DNA of 64,000 bases from Malacoraja senta (taxonomy: Eukaryota): assembly GCA_038087875.1 (NCBI GenBank), contig CM075994.1, forward strand, positions 6,202,001 through 6,266,000. The letters are read 5' to 3'. Within the stretch, counting starts at the first letter, position 1. Each line of letters begins with the position of its first letter. Both the position numbers and the translations under genes were made by a program. The notes under the pieces were generated by a model. It made no database searches and was not told where the DNA came from. It saw only the letters and a list, made by a program, of their open reading frames with translations. Positions 25,556 through 38,063 of the stretch are shown piece by piece.

Positions 25556-26503
25556 TGGGAGCACCTCAAGGCTGCGTGCTCAGCCCCCTGCTGTACTCAC
25601 TCTATACTCATGACTGCGTAGCCGGACATAGTGCGAACTCCATCATCAAGTTCGCCGACGACACCACTGTTGTGGGACGAATCACTGATGGTGACGAGTA
25701 AGAGTATAGAAGTGAGATCGACCAATTGACCAAATGGTGCCAGCACAATAACCTGGCTCTCAACACCAGCAAAACCAAGGAACTAATTGTGGACTTTGGA
25801 AGGGGTAGGATAGGGACCCACAATCCCGTTTATATCAACGGGATGATGGTGGAGTGGGTCAAGAACTTCAAATTCCTGGGCGTGCATATTTCCGAAGATC
25901 TTTCCTGGTCTCAGCACACTGATGCAATTATAAAGTAAGCACATCAGCGCCTCTACTTCCTGAGAAGATTATGGAGAGTCGGTTTGTCAAGGAGGACTCT
26001 CTCGAACTTCTACAGGTGCACAGTAGAGAGCATACTGACTGGTTGCATCGTGCTTGGTTCGGCAACTTGAACGTCCAGGAGTGGAAAAGAATGCAGAACG
26101 TTGTGACCACTGCCCAGTCCATCATCGGCTCTGACCTCCCCACCATCGAAGGGATCTATCGCAGTCGCTGCCTCAAAAAGGCTGCCAACATCATCAAAGA
26201 CCCACATCATCTCTCCATGGCCATCAGGTAGAAGGTACAGGAGCTTGAAATCTGATACATCCAGGTTCAGGAACAGCTACTTCCCCACAGCCATCAGGCT
26301 ATTAAATACAACATCAAACAAACTCTGAACAAGAACAGCCTATTGCACTTTATCTGTTTATTTATGTGTATATATATGGTCTATGGTATATAGACACACT
26401 GATCTGTTCTGTATTTATGCCTGCAATATTCTGTGTTGCAGCAAGCAAGAATTTCATTGTCCTATCTGGGACACATGACAATAAACTCTCTTGACATGAC
26501 TTG
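25556..26503 (+). mobile_element. 5'-truncated Rex1/Babar-like LINE, inactivated
   Basis: [62 protein letters not shown]. Contains an in-frame stop and frameshifts, and ends in a (CTTGA)-like tail. Confidence 0.9.
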
Positions 26504-26703
26504 ATTTTGTGCCTATCTCTGTTCTACTGTTTAATTAGATTGTAGCTAATTAAGTATCTTAACTCAAGTAGTTCTGCCAGAGCTAGATTAATTCAATGAG
26601 TTGCAGTATCTGTAAAAAGGCAGAGGAGCAGAACTCCTTATCACTTTTTGCATGTCTTTGACAGGGCTGCAAACAGAGAGCTGTGAAGTGGATCAACCTA
26701 ACA
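25673..26703 (+). repeat. Right arm of the ~1 kb inverted duplication
   Basis: Pairs with 24243-25260 across a 412-bp spacer. Confidence 0.92.
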
Positions 26704-27419
26704 GCATGTTGTCGTATAAACCAGTATCTGCAGTTCCTTGTTACAGTCTTACATTAAAACAATAAAACAATAGAACAGGTTTTGTAGGCTGAATAGTTTG
26801 CTTATTTACCAAGTTCACAACATGCTAATTCCAGACTTTATCGGGAAGCTTTCTGGTATCCCCTCATTGATTACCAATCCCCTCATTGATTACCAATCCC
26901 CTCATTGATTACCAATCGAACACAGGAACAGCCTCTTCAGTACACAATGTCCATGCTGAACATGATGTCATGTTAATCTAATCTCTGCTTTCACGTGATG
27001 CATATCCCACCCACAACTTGTGGCTTCTTTAACGCATCTGACTCCACCATCATCCCCAGCAGTGTCCACAACAATTTTCAATAAGGCACCTCTCAGAAGT
27101 AAATCTATCTCGGTTCTCGATTGCAACCGTAAATCTTCTGCACTCCTTCACAAGCCAGATTGCCTTGAGCCACAATAGTTTGATTCAGTCTCAATGCAGG
27201 TTAATGTCCAAACATAAAATGCTGGAGGAACTCAGCGGGTCAGGCAGCATCTGCGAAGGAAGAGGACAGGTGACGTTTTGGATCAGGACAGCAGTGTCGC
27301 TTGGCCATTCCCTCCACAGATGTTGCCTGACTTGCTGAATTCTTCCAACATTTTGTGTTTTGCGCAAGATTTGGGTGACAGTGGTGCAGCAGTTGAATTG
27401 ATACGTTACAGCGCCAGAG

Positions 27420-27985
27420 ACATAGAAACATAGATACATAGAAAATAGGTGCAGGAGGAGGCCATTCAGCCCTTCGAGCCCGCACCGCCATTCATTGTGA
27501 TCATGGCTGATCGTTCCCAATCAATAACCCGTGCCTCCCTTCTCCCCATATCCCTTGATTCCACTAGCCCCTAGAGCTCTATCTAACTCTCTCTTAAATC
27601 CATCCATTGATTTGGCCTCCACTGCCCTCTGTGGCAGGGAATTCCACAAATTCACAACTCTCTTGGACTCGCCCAACATTGGGAACATTTTTCCTGCATC
27701 TAGCTTGTCCAGTCCTTTTATAATTTTATATGTTTCAATAAGATTCCCCCTCATCCTTCTAAACTCCAGTGAATACAAGCCAAATCTTTTCAATGTTTCA
27801 TCATATGACAGTCCCACCATCCCAGGGATCAATCTCGTGAACCTATGCTGCACTGCCTCAATCACAAGGTCCTTCCTCAAATTAGGAGACCAAAACTGGA
27901 CACAATACACCAGATATGGTCTTACCAGAGCCCTATACAATTGCAGAAGAACTTCTCCACTCCTATACTGAAATCCTCTTGTTAT
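27420..27985 (-). mobile_element. CR1 LINE 3' fragment
   Basis: YRALVRPYL.YCVQFWSP..LGLYSLE.RRMRG.LIETYKI motifs in ORF 27521-27940. Confidence 0.9.
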
Positions 27986-28331
27986 GGTCCTGTCTACAGA
28001 TGCTCTCTGTACATTGTTTACAGAATTGACTTATGTAAATTGTTCCTAGTGTGTAGGATAGAACGTGAGGATGTGTAAGGATGATTGCTGGTCGGCACGG
28101 ACATGGTTGGCCGAAGGGCCTGTTTCCATGCTGTCCCTCTAAACTAAAAAGTCCAGTATCTGCAGTTCCTTGCATCTGTAAGTGAAGGTCACTTCTGTGC
28201 AGTCACCAACCACTCCCATGCTCTTTTACCACATTACGACTACCATTCAAATCATCAGCCATTAATTTGCACATTGATTTACATTTGAGAATATAAAATG
28301 TTAGGCATTTCCTGCCGTGTATCTCCTCCTT

Positions 28332-28662
28332 TAGTTTAGTTTAGTTTAAAGATACAGCGCAGAAACAGGCCCTTCGGGGCACCGAGTCCGTGCCGACCAC
28401 GATCCCCGCACAATAACACTATCCTACACACACTAGGGACAATTAAAAATATATATTTTACCAAGCCAATTAACCTACAAATTAACTGTACGTCTTTGGA
28501 GTGTGGAATGAAACCGAAGATCTCAGAGAACACCTACGCAGGTCAAGGGGAGAACGTACAAACTCCGTACAGACAGCACCCATAGTCAGGATCGAACCCG
28601 GGTCTCCAGCGCTGCATTTGCTGTAAGGCAGCAACTCTACCGCTGCGCCACTGTGACCGCCC
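28332..28662 (-). mobile_element. HE1-like V-SINE, full length (representative of more than 20 copies or fragments in the window)
   Basis: A box TGGCGCAGCGG, B box GGTTCGATCC, V-domain, CR1-like tail and (TAAAC)n. Confidence 0.9.
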
Positions 28663-30397
28663 ATGTCCTATACAAATGAGATATGATATCTTAGCAGGTC
28701 AGGCACATTGGATTTCTGAGTGCTTGCCTATATTACATCTAAAATGGGCAACTTTAGTAGTCTCAAGAGAGGATATGGGTCACTCACTGGCAGGTGGGAA
28801 TAATGTAGATGGGCCATCTGGTTGGCATGGGCAGGTTAGGCGAAAGGGTCAGTTTCCATGCTGTAAGACTAAGTGGCTTTTTTAAGATTGAAACGATGAC
28901 GTGCTGGTACCAATAATAAAACTTGTTGCAAAACATTGACATGAATATGTATTCTGGCGGAATTATTTTACAAATAAAGCTTGTTTTTAAGTAAATAAAG
29001 GATTGGAAAACAGCTGCTGAATACTCAACCCATCTTCAGGGCTGAATCTCTACTTCCTTAGTTTGGCATCTCCCCAACAACTCTCACCAACTTCTACAGG
29101 TGCATCATCAAAAGCATTGTATCAGGATGCATCACAGTTTGGTTTGGCAACAGATCCATCCAAGACGGGCAAGAAATTGCAGCGAATTGTAGACACAGCC
29201 AGACCGTCACACAAACCAACCTCCCTTCCATTTATTGCATTTATACCTCACGCTGCCTCAGCAAAGCCAGCAGCATAATCTAGGACAAGTCACACCCTGT
29301 CCACTCCCTCCTCCCCTTTCCCATCAGGATTCAGGGACAGTTTCTTCCCAGTTGTTATCAGGCAACTGAACCATCCTATCACAACTAGAGAGCAGTCCTG
29401 AACTGGTATTTTACTCTGCTCTGGTATTATATTTAATTCACAAGTTTAATCATAATGTTTTATGGTTAATGTTTAATGTTTTATGCATCATTCCTAACTG
29501 TCACTGTATGTCACTGTCACTTGCGGGCGGAGCACTAAGGCAAATTCCTTGTATGTGAATACTTGGCCAATAAACGTATTCATTCATTCATTCAGTCCTG
29601 AACTACTATCTACCTCATTGGTGACCCTAGGACTATCCATGAGCGGACTTTGCTGGTTTTACCTTGCACTAAACGTTATTCCCTTATGTATCCATACACT
29701 ATAACTGGATCGATTGTAATCATGTATTATCATTCACTGTCTGGATAGCACCCAAAAAAAAGCTTTTCTCTGTACTTCGGTGCACGTGACAATAAACTAA
29801 ACTACATTTCTCCCCTTCCAGCACTGCCTGCTGTATACCAAATGCATTCTCTCCAGCTGGCCATTAACATCTGCCATAATGTCAATGCTGCCTTCGTGTA
29901 TCATATCCCAGTTCACCCAGGAACAAAGGAGATTGTAAAAAGTGGTGGTCACCGCTCAGACCAGAACATGGTCAGTACTGACCTCCCCACCATGGAAAGG
30001 ATCTATACGAAGTGCTGCCTCAAAACACCACCCTGGCCACGCTCTCACTTCACTCCTGCCATCACGAAGAAGGTGCATGAGTCTGAAAACCGTGACCTGC
30101 AGGTTCAAGAACAGCTACTTCCCAACAACCAATACTAATTAAACTATAAACTATGAGCTGCCTTGGTTGCTCTGAGGATTTTGGTCTTTTTGCACTAATA
30201 GTCTTTAATTTATTGATTTATTTTGTTTATTGTGTGTGAGTGGTGTGCTGCAAGAATTGCACCCATCCATTTTTGGTACTTTTGACAATTAAATAGTGTT
30301 GACTCTTTATTTAATTTTCTTTTTCACTGGACTCAGCCTCTTTGCTATTTTTGATCATTTGTTCAACTTCCGTCTAGATCTTCCAAAACGACCTTAC

Positions 30398-30442
30398 TTG
30401 GACATGAAATGTTAAGGAATGTGGCCTCCGAACATTTTCTTC
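30398..30442 (-). other. Candidate 45-nt exon within SLAM-like intron 1
   Basis: Acceptor gtctgttttgttag| and donor CAA|gtaagg. Open in phase 1-1 (GRKCSEATFLNISCP) and in phase 0-0. Confidence 0.3.
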
Positions 30443-31764
30443 CTAACAAAACAGACTTCTCCATAGTGAAGACCATTTTCTAAGTACTTTCACTGTTCTG
30501 CAAGCATTCTGAGTTTTCCTGATGGTCCATCAGTCCAGAATGGTACACCCCTCAATCCATTCTGATTTTATTCACTAAGTTTGAAATTGTTTTTGAAACC
30601 TATTGATTGCAGTGAACCTGTGATATTGGGAATGCACCGCAAAAGGATATCAAAGGGGCACCTCTCCTCATCTGCCTGTGAAGGGTCTCGACCCAAAACG
30701 TTACCCATTACTTCCATCCAGAGATGCTGCCTGTCCCGCTGAGTTACTCCAGCATTTTGTGTAAATCTTATTAGCTACTGGCTTGTATGCAGCCTTAGCA
30801 ATTCCAGGTTAGTATACTGTACAGGTGGTCTCTACAGTAAAATAACAGTTTACAGTTTAGTTTATTGTCACATGCACTCAGGTGGCTTTACCTTGCACTA
30901 AACTTTATTCCCTTATCATCTATCTATACACCAATTGGCTCAGTTGTAATCCTGTTTTGTCTTTCTAATGACTGGATAGCATGCAACAAAAGCTTTTCAC
31001 TGTGCCTTGGTACATGTGACAATAAACTAAACGGAAACTGAAACAGTGAAAAGCTTTTGTTGCGTGCTATTCAGTCAGCGGAAAGACAATACATGATTAC
31101 AATCGAGCCATTTATTGTGTATAAGGGAATAACGTTTAGTACAGGTAAGGCCAGGAAAGTCCGATCAAGGATGGTCCGAGGGTCACCAATGAAGTAGATA
31201 GCAGTTCAGGACTGCTCTCTGGTGGTTCTCAACTAGTGAATGAATAAATGAGAAAGAATACGAATGATTAATCTGAATGGTTTCATATCTGGTGCACCAA
31301 GTAATGTGTATTCTGTACCTTCTCATACCTCTAGTTTCCCCCTCCCAGGCTTTCAATCTGATGAGGGGTCTCGACCCGAAACATCACCTGTTCCTTCTCT
31401 ACAGAGATGCTGCTGAACCCGCTGAGTTACTCCAGCATTTTGTGTCTATGACCAGGTAATGTTTGGCACGCTCGCTTTGGACTCAGCTTGGCCCCGAGTT
31501 CCCGCACTCACGGGACCAGACCCTAAGGACGGATGGGTCGCAGACCCCATTCGTCTGAAGAAGGGTCTCGACATAAAACTTCACCATTCCTTCCCTACTG
31601 AGATGCTGCCTGTCCTGCTTAGATACTCCAGTTTTTTGTTTCTTTCTTCGGTTGAAACCAGCATCTGCAGTTCCTTTCAACACATTCCCTTTAAACTTTC
31701 CTGGTTCACCAAGGAGTTTATTATAACACTGTGTATCATCACAACGTCATGACATGTAAACATC

Positions 31765-32195
31765 AGGAATGAGTGGGTTAACATATGATGAGCGTTTGTC
31801 GGCACTGGGCTTGTACTCACTTGAGTTTAGAAGAATGAGGGGACACCTCATTGAAATGTGCAGAATAGTGAAAGGCTTGGATAGAGTGGATGTGGAGAGG
31901 ATGTTCCCACTAGTGGGAGAGTCTAGGACTAGAGGTCAAAGGCTCAGAATTAAAGAACGTTCTTTTAGGAAGGAGATGATGAGGAATTTCTTTAGTCAGA
32001 GGGTGGTGAATCTGCGGAATTCTTTGCAAGTGGATACATTTAAGGTAGAGAAAGGTAGATTTGTGATTAGTACAGGTCTCAGAGGTTATGGGGAGAATGC
32101 TGGATAATGGGGTTAGGAGGGAGAGATAGATCAGCCATGGCAGAGTAGACTTGAGGGGCTGAATGGCCTTTCTGCTCCTATCACTTATGATCTTA
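31765..32195 (+). mobile_element. CR1 LINE 3' fragment
   Basis: GLTYDERLSALGLYSLEFRRMRG.LIE..NFFSQRVVN motifs. Confidence 0.85.
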
Positions 32196-32857
32196 TGAAA
32201 AATGTGAGTTAATCCTGTGTTGATATTGAATAACATTCAACAGTTCAGAAAATTGACTGATCCACCACCAATGTGTCAGAACATCAGTTGTACTGTCTCA
32301 GAAATAAAAGCAAAGAAACATAATTCAGCTCCTCATTGAACAATATAGCACAAGAACAGGCCCATGGGCCCACAATGTCCATGCCGAACATGATCTCCTA
32401 ACTAATCTCTACATGCACGTGATCCATAGCAACTGAATCATCCTCTCATCTGCTCCATTGGACGCCTTTGAACTATCTTTAATCAGGCTTTACTAGATTT
32501 TATCTTGCAGTAAACATTGTTCCCTTTATCCTCTATCAGCAGACAGTGGACAGCTTGATTGTAATCATGTACAATCTTCTCTTTGACTGGATATCATTCA
32601 CTTTACATTGGTATATGTGACAACAATAATGAACAAAGGTTTGACATCATGGAAACTAACATCCGTGAGAAAAGTTAAGCAAAGCTAGATCAAATTCCTG
32701 ATGCGTGGGAAAGGAATCAAGAAACAAGCAACATTTGGCAGAGAAGATTAGGGGAGATAGATCAGTCGCGATTGAATGGCAGAGCAGACTTGATGGGCCG
32801 AATGGCTTATTTCTGCTTCTATCACTTATGACCTTTGGACTTCAAGTTCATATTTAT

Positions 32858-33599
32858 TGTCACATGCTATTTGAGTCACCATACAACCATACAAGTAAAA
32901 AGAACACAATACACAATAGAATTTAACATTAACATCCACCACAGTGGAATCAGCATTCTTCACTGTGATGTAAGGCAATAAAGTTCAGTCATCTTCTTCC
33001 TCTGTTCACCCGTGGTGGGGTCTTGAATCCTCCGCAGTCGCCGCTACAGATGTGCAGGCCCTCTCGTCGGGATGACCAAAACTCCGGCGTCGAGACGGAT
33101 CGGAACACACTCCGCGGCTTGGAGTTCCCGAATCAGCCGCTTCTTACCGGAGACCGCGGCTTCACGATGTTAAAGTCCACAGGCCCCGCGGTCGGAATCC
33201 GCGCCGCGCCTGGAAGCTCCGCAGCTGCTCCACAATGTTAAAGTCAACAAGCACCCATGGTCAGAGCTCCAACACTGGTGATCATCAGCAAAGGATCCCA
33301 GGCTCCGCGATGGTAAGTCCACTGCGCCTGCTGCTTGAAACTCTGGGCCGGTCTCCGGACTGGAAAGGCCGCACCAAACCAGTTGTTAGGCCGCGAGGGG
33401 GCCGAATATGCGACATGGAAAAAAGTCGCATCTCTGTCAAGGCAAGTGACTGAAAACGGTTTCCCCCTATTCTCCCCCACCCTCCGCATCAGACATACCG
33501 AGAAACATTAAAACATAGATTTAGACACACTAAAAATAACAAAAAATGTCGACAAAAACACATGAGCTGCTGGTGAGGCTGCCGCTTGCGGTGCCACCC
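32858..33599 (-). mobile_element. Non-coding retroelement, same type as 4907-5600
   Basis: Head gggtggcaccgc..gcagcctcaccagcag, plus the shared 3' block (cacagtga..gtggtggatgtt..gtgacaataaa). Confidence 0.6.
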
Positions 33600-34399
33600 A
33601 GTAGAATATGAGGGACCACTTCTGACCTGACTCACAGTGCCAGAGACCTGGGTTCGATCCTGACTATGGGTGCTGTGTTTATGGAGTTTGTACATTGGGG
33701 ACGGGGAGTAGGATGCAGGAAGAATGGGCAAACTGCACGCAGACAGCGTCAGATAGGAGTAGGCCATTCGGCTCATCAATTCTACTCTGCTATTCTGCTA
33801 GCCCTATTTTCCTGCCTTCTCCTCATAATCTCTTGACACCTGTACTAATCAAGATTCCATCTATCTCTGCCTTAAAAAATATCCACTGACTTGGCCCCAG
33901 TTGAACCCTAGTTCTCTGGAGCTGTGATGAAGCAACTCTTATCAACTACGCCCCTGTGCCTTCTAGTCAGTCAGGCTTGGACTGCAGCACACCTGAACTC
34001 CATCCAGCTGCATTGTTTGGGCAATGGGATGGGAGATTGCAATCTTCACGTGGTCCACCCTGTTTCGACTATTGCAATCAACCCGACATGCACAAACAGA
34101 AGATCAAATAGAATAAGTTGTCTTACAACTTTAGGCTGTGCACGCCATACGTAGGAAGCAGAAGTGGAAGAAGAGATTTGGTCAACAATTAAATTGAAAC
34201 TGGTGGAACTGCTGGGGAAGCTGGCCAGCTGGAGCTAGCATCACCTCATTGCTTTTATTGTCACATGTGCAAAGTGCCAACACAAGTGAAATTATTGTTC
34301 TTACAATAGCAGTCCCTTACAAAAGTGTACAAAAGTGTACAAAAGTTCTGGAATAACTCAGCAGGCCAGGCTGCACCTCTGGACAACATGGATAGATCT

Positions 34400-35090
34400 C
34401 TGGAGAACCGCGGACTAAGCCGAAGGCCTGTTGGACCACAGACTCCTTGTTCGGCTGGAGACATCGGACACGAGGGGCAAGGGTTGGTAGGAGGGTGAAC
34501 TTGAGTGACTTTAAGGATGACTGCAGGAGGCGCCCACGGGACACAAAGATGGCCGGCAGGGAGAGGGACGTTGGTTCGGGGGGAACAGCTCCGGTACATC
34601 GAGCACCAAAACATGGCGGGGCCCGCATGACTCGATCTGGATCGCGGCCGTATCCCAATCGCAAGCCCGGCGAGGAACCGAAAAATGGCTTGGAGGGACT
34701 TCCATCAGATCCGGCCCCTGCTCACCCTGTGGACCAGGAATCAGCGAGGAGGTTGAGGGAGAGGGCAACGGCAGTGGATGCTGGACAAAGGGCCCAGTAA
34801 GAACTGGGGGGGGGGGGGGTTCCCTGTCCCACGACTTTCTGTCTGAAGAAGGGTCTCGACCCGAAATGTCATCCATTCCTTCACTCCAGAGATGCTGCCG
34901 TTCCCGCTGAGTTGCTCCAGCTTTTTGGCTCCATCTTGGGGGGGTCTTTACTTTCTGCAACCGTGAGGTTGGCTGCGGGAGGCGCCTCCCCCCGCGGGGA
35001 ATTAGGGCTGAAGAGGGCCGGGCGAGGAGAGGGATGACGGATCGCGGGACGACGGCTGCAACGGGGCCTTTGTAGCCAACTGCAGCTGGG
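34400..35090. promoter_or_regulatory. CpG-rich island / probable promoter and first-exon region
   Basis: Locally dense CpG in sequence not recognisable as repeat. YY1-like AAGATGGC and ACATGGCG motifs. Confidence 0.5.
34549..34796 (+). CDS. Candidate exon 1 of an unrecognised small protein gene (antisense, nested)
   Basis: aagATGG start, 82 open codons, donor CCA|gtaaga (phase 2). Confidence 0.45.
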
Positions 35091-36095
35091 ATTGTAAAAT
35101 GGCACCTCTTGTATATAGACTCAGAGGGCTGTTCTGCACTTAGACACAAAATGCTGCAGTAACTCAGCGGGTGAGGCAGCATCTCTGGAGAGAAGGAATG
35201 GGTGACGTTTCGGGTCGAGACCCTTCTTCAGACTAGATGGTACACACATTCTGTACTAACCAGGAGATTGTGCTTAAGTACGGGGATATTTTTGCTGAGC
35301 TGTATGCAAAAAATGTATGCCACTGTATCTGGTACATGTGACAATAAAGAAACCATTGAACCATGTGTAATATATGAACAAAGAATTTCACTGTGCATTG
35401 GCACATGTGACAAATAAAACAACGTTGAACCATTGAGGTGACGTTTCGACTCGAGAACCTTCTTCAGACTGATTGCAGGCAGGGTGGGAGGAAGGGGGAG
35501 GGGGGGTGCGAGAGAGGAGGAAACTCTCTTTCAACAACGCTCACGTCAGCAAGCCAGGAAGTCAACGCCACCCTTACAGCAGAAACATCAACATCCCACT
35601 CACCACCCCACCTCTTTATCATCTTCCCAATCCTTTACAACAAGTCATAGAGTGATACAGTGTGGAAATTGGCCCTTCGGCCCAACTTGCCCACACCGGC
35701 CAACATGTCCCAGCTACACTAATCCCCCCCTGCCTGCATTTGGTCCATATCCTTCCAAACCTGTCCTATCCATGTACCTGTCTAACTGTTTCTTAAACAT
35801 AGGGACAGTCCCTGCCTCAACTACCTCCTCTGGCAGCTCGTTCCATACACCCACCACCCTTTGGTTGAAAAAGTTACCCCTCAGATTCCTGTTAAACCTT
35901 TTCCCCTTCACCGTAAAGCAATGTCCTCTGGTCCTCAGTTTGTTACTCTGGTGAAATGTGACTCTTACAGCTCCACCCACTGCATTATCTTTGATAGGCA
36001 ATCACCATAATTCCCACATTATCTGGCAACCATTGAGCTTCACACGCTCCACAGTCACGACACATGGGAACCATCAACTGTATTCTAGCCCACAG

Positions 36096-36207
36096 GCTTA
36101 TGAGAGTGCTGCAAAATGTGGCATGGATCAGTCAGGAAGTAACGGAGTGGAGGACAGCATTTTTGAGGGACCACAGGTGGTGGGAGGAGAGAGTGAGACG
36201 GTGTTGA
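36096..36207 (+). CDS. Candidate exon 2 of the same gene
   Basis: Acceptor ttctagcccacag|G in phase 2 continues the frame as LMRVLQNVAWISQEVTEWRTAFLRDHRWWEERVRRC*. Internal donors at 36177 or 36193 are also possible. Confidence 0.4.
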
Positions 36208-37827
36208 CTGGGTTTGTATTCAGTGGATTGGGTCGACTGGGTTTGTATTCAGTGGAATTTAGAAGGATGAGAGGGGTCCTTATAGAGACATATAAAAATT
36301 TTAAGGGATTGGACAGGCTAGATGCAGGAAAAATGTTCCCGTGGTTGGGGGAGTCCAGAACTAGGGGTCACAGCTTAAGTATAAGGAGTAGGCCATTTAG
36401 GACTGAGATGAGGTAAAACATCTTCCTGCAGAGAGTTGTGAATCTGTGGAATTCTCTGCCACAGAAGGCAGTGGAGGCTAATTCACTGGATGTTTTCAAG
36501 AGAGAGGTAGATTTAGCTCCTTCGGCTAAAGGAATCAAGGGATATGGGGAAAAGCAGGAACGGGGCACTGATTTTGGATGATCAGCCATGATCATATTGA
36601 ATGGCGGTGCTGGCTCGAATAGCCTACCCCTGCACATATGTTTGTATCTTGCAACTGGAGCAATGGAGGTGGTAAAGCCGCTGCCTCGCAGCACCAGAGA
36701 CCCCGCTTCAATCCCGATCTCATGCGCTCTCTGTTTGGAGTTTGCATGCTCCCCCTGCAACCTGTCGTTACTAGGAACTGCAGATGCCGGTTTATTAAAC
36801 AAAGACACAAAGTGCGGGAGTAACTCAATGGGTCAGGCAGCCGCTCTGGATAACAGATAACAGATCTTGAGCAGCTTACAATCCAATGGTGCGAACATTG
36901 ATTTCTCCGATTTTAGGTGCCTAATCTACAAATGCACCTCCCTACTTTCCCTCCCCTCCTCTCTTCCTTGTGCTCCACCTGGATATGCATCTATTTCTCC
37001 CTTTCCCCTTCCACCCATATTCCTTCCTCTGGCTTCACATTTCTCACATCTTCTATTCTAATCACCATACCCCACACTTTTTGTCTTTTCATCTCTGGCC
37101 TTCGATCAGTTTAGTTTAGAGATACAACGTGGAAACAGGTCCATTGGCGCACCGAGTACACGCTGACTAGCGATCCTCATGCATTAGTTCTATCCAACAT
37201 ACTAGGGACAATTTACAGAAGCTAGTAAACCTGCACATCTTTGGAATGTGGGAGGAAACCGGAGCATTCATTGACAACCTATGCGGTTACAGGGAGAGCG
37301 TTCAAACTCATTACAGATGATTCGTAGTCAGGATCGAACCTGGGTCTGGTGCTGTAAGGCAGCAGGTCTACCACTGCACCACCGTCCTGCCCCGCCACTG
37401 CCCTATGTACAACAATCTGACAGTCGATCCCCCTCCTCTTCACTTGCATCCACCTATCACTCACCAGTCTGTGTCGTGCCTCTTGCACCCTTCCAGCTTT
37501 CTGCCTCCCTCCCCAACCACAATCAGTCTCAAGAAGAATCCTGATCTGAATAGACGCCTATCCATGTTCTCCAGAAATGATGCCTGGTCTGCTGAGTTAC
37601 TCCAGCACTGTGTGTTTATGTGCTGGAGTAACTCAACGGGCCAGGCAGCATCTCTGGCAAACATGGTTAGGTGACGCATCGGGTCGGGACCTTTCTTCAG
37701 ACGAGTCTGAATTTAATTTGCATGTTGGTTTAATTCTGAGTAAGAAAGAAAGCTGCAGTAAGCAAGATTCCTGCCACTCTTGCAGTCAACGAGAAACCAG
37801 TTTGGCGATTGCAACCAAGATTACTTA

Positions 37828-38063
37828 AGGGCCTGTCCCACTTGGCGATATTTTCGACGACTGCCGGCATCATTGACTGACATATGAGGTCACCGAAAAA
37901 TTTGCGGCATGATGCGGTGTTGACGCGGCGTGATGACGTATTGACGCACGGCGTTTTTTCAAGTGTCACAACTTTTTTTGTCGCCGCTGGATTTTGAAAT
38001 GTTCAAAATCTTTTGGCGACCCTGATATGAAGCCGAAAAAAATCGCCAAGTGGGACAGGTCCT
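37828..38063. mobile_element. PIF/Harbinger-type MITE
   Basis: 22-bp TIR AGGGCCTGTCCCACTTGGCGAT / ATCGCCAAGTGGGACAGGTCCT (one mismatch), TTA target duplication on both sides. Confidence 0.9.
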
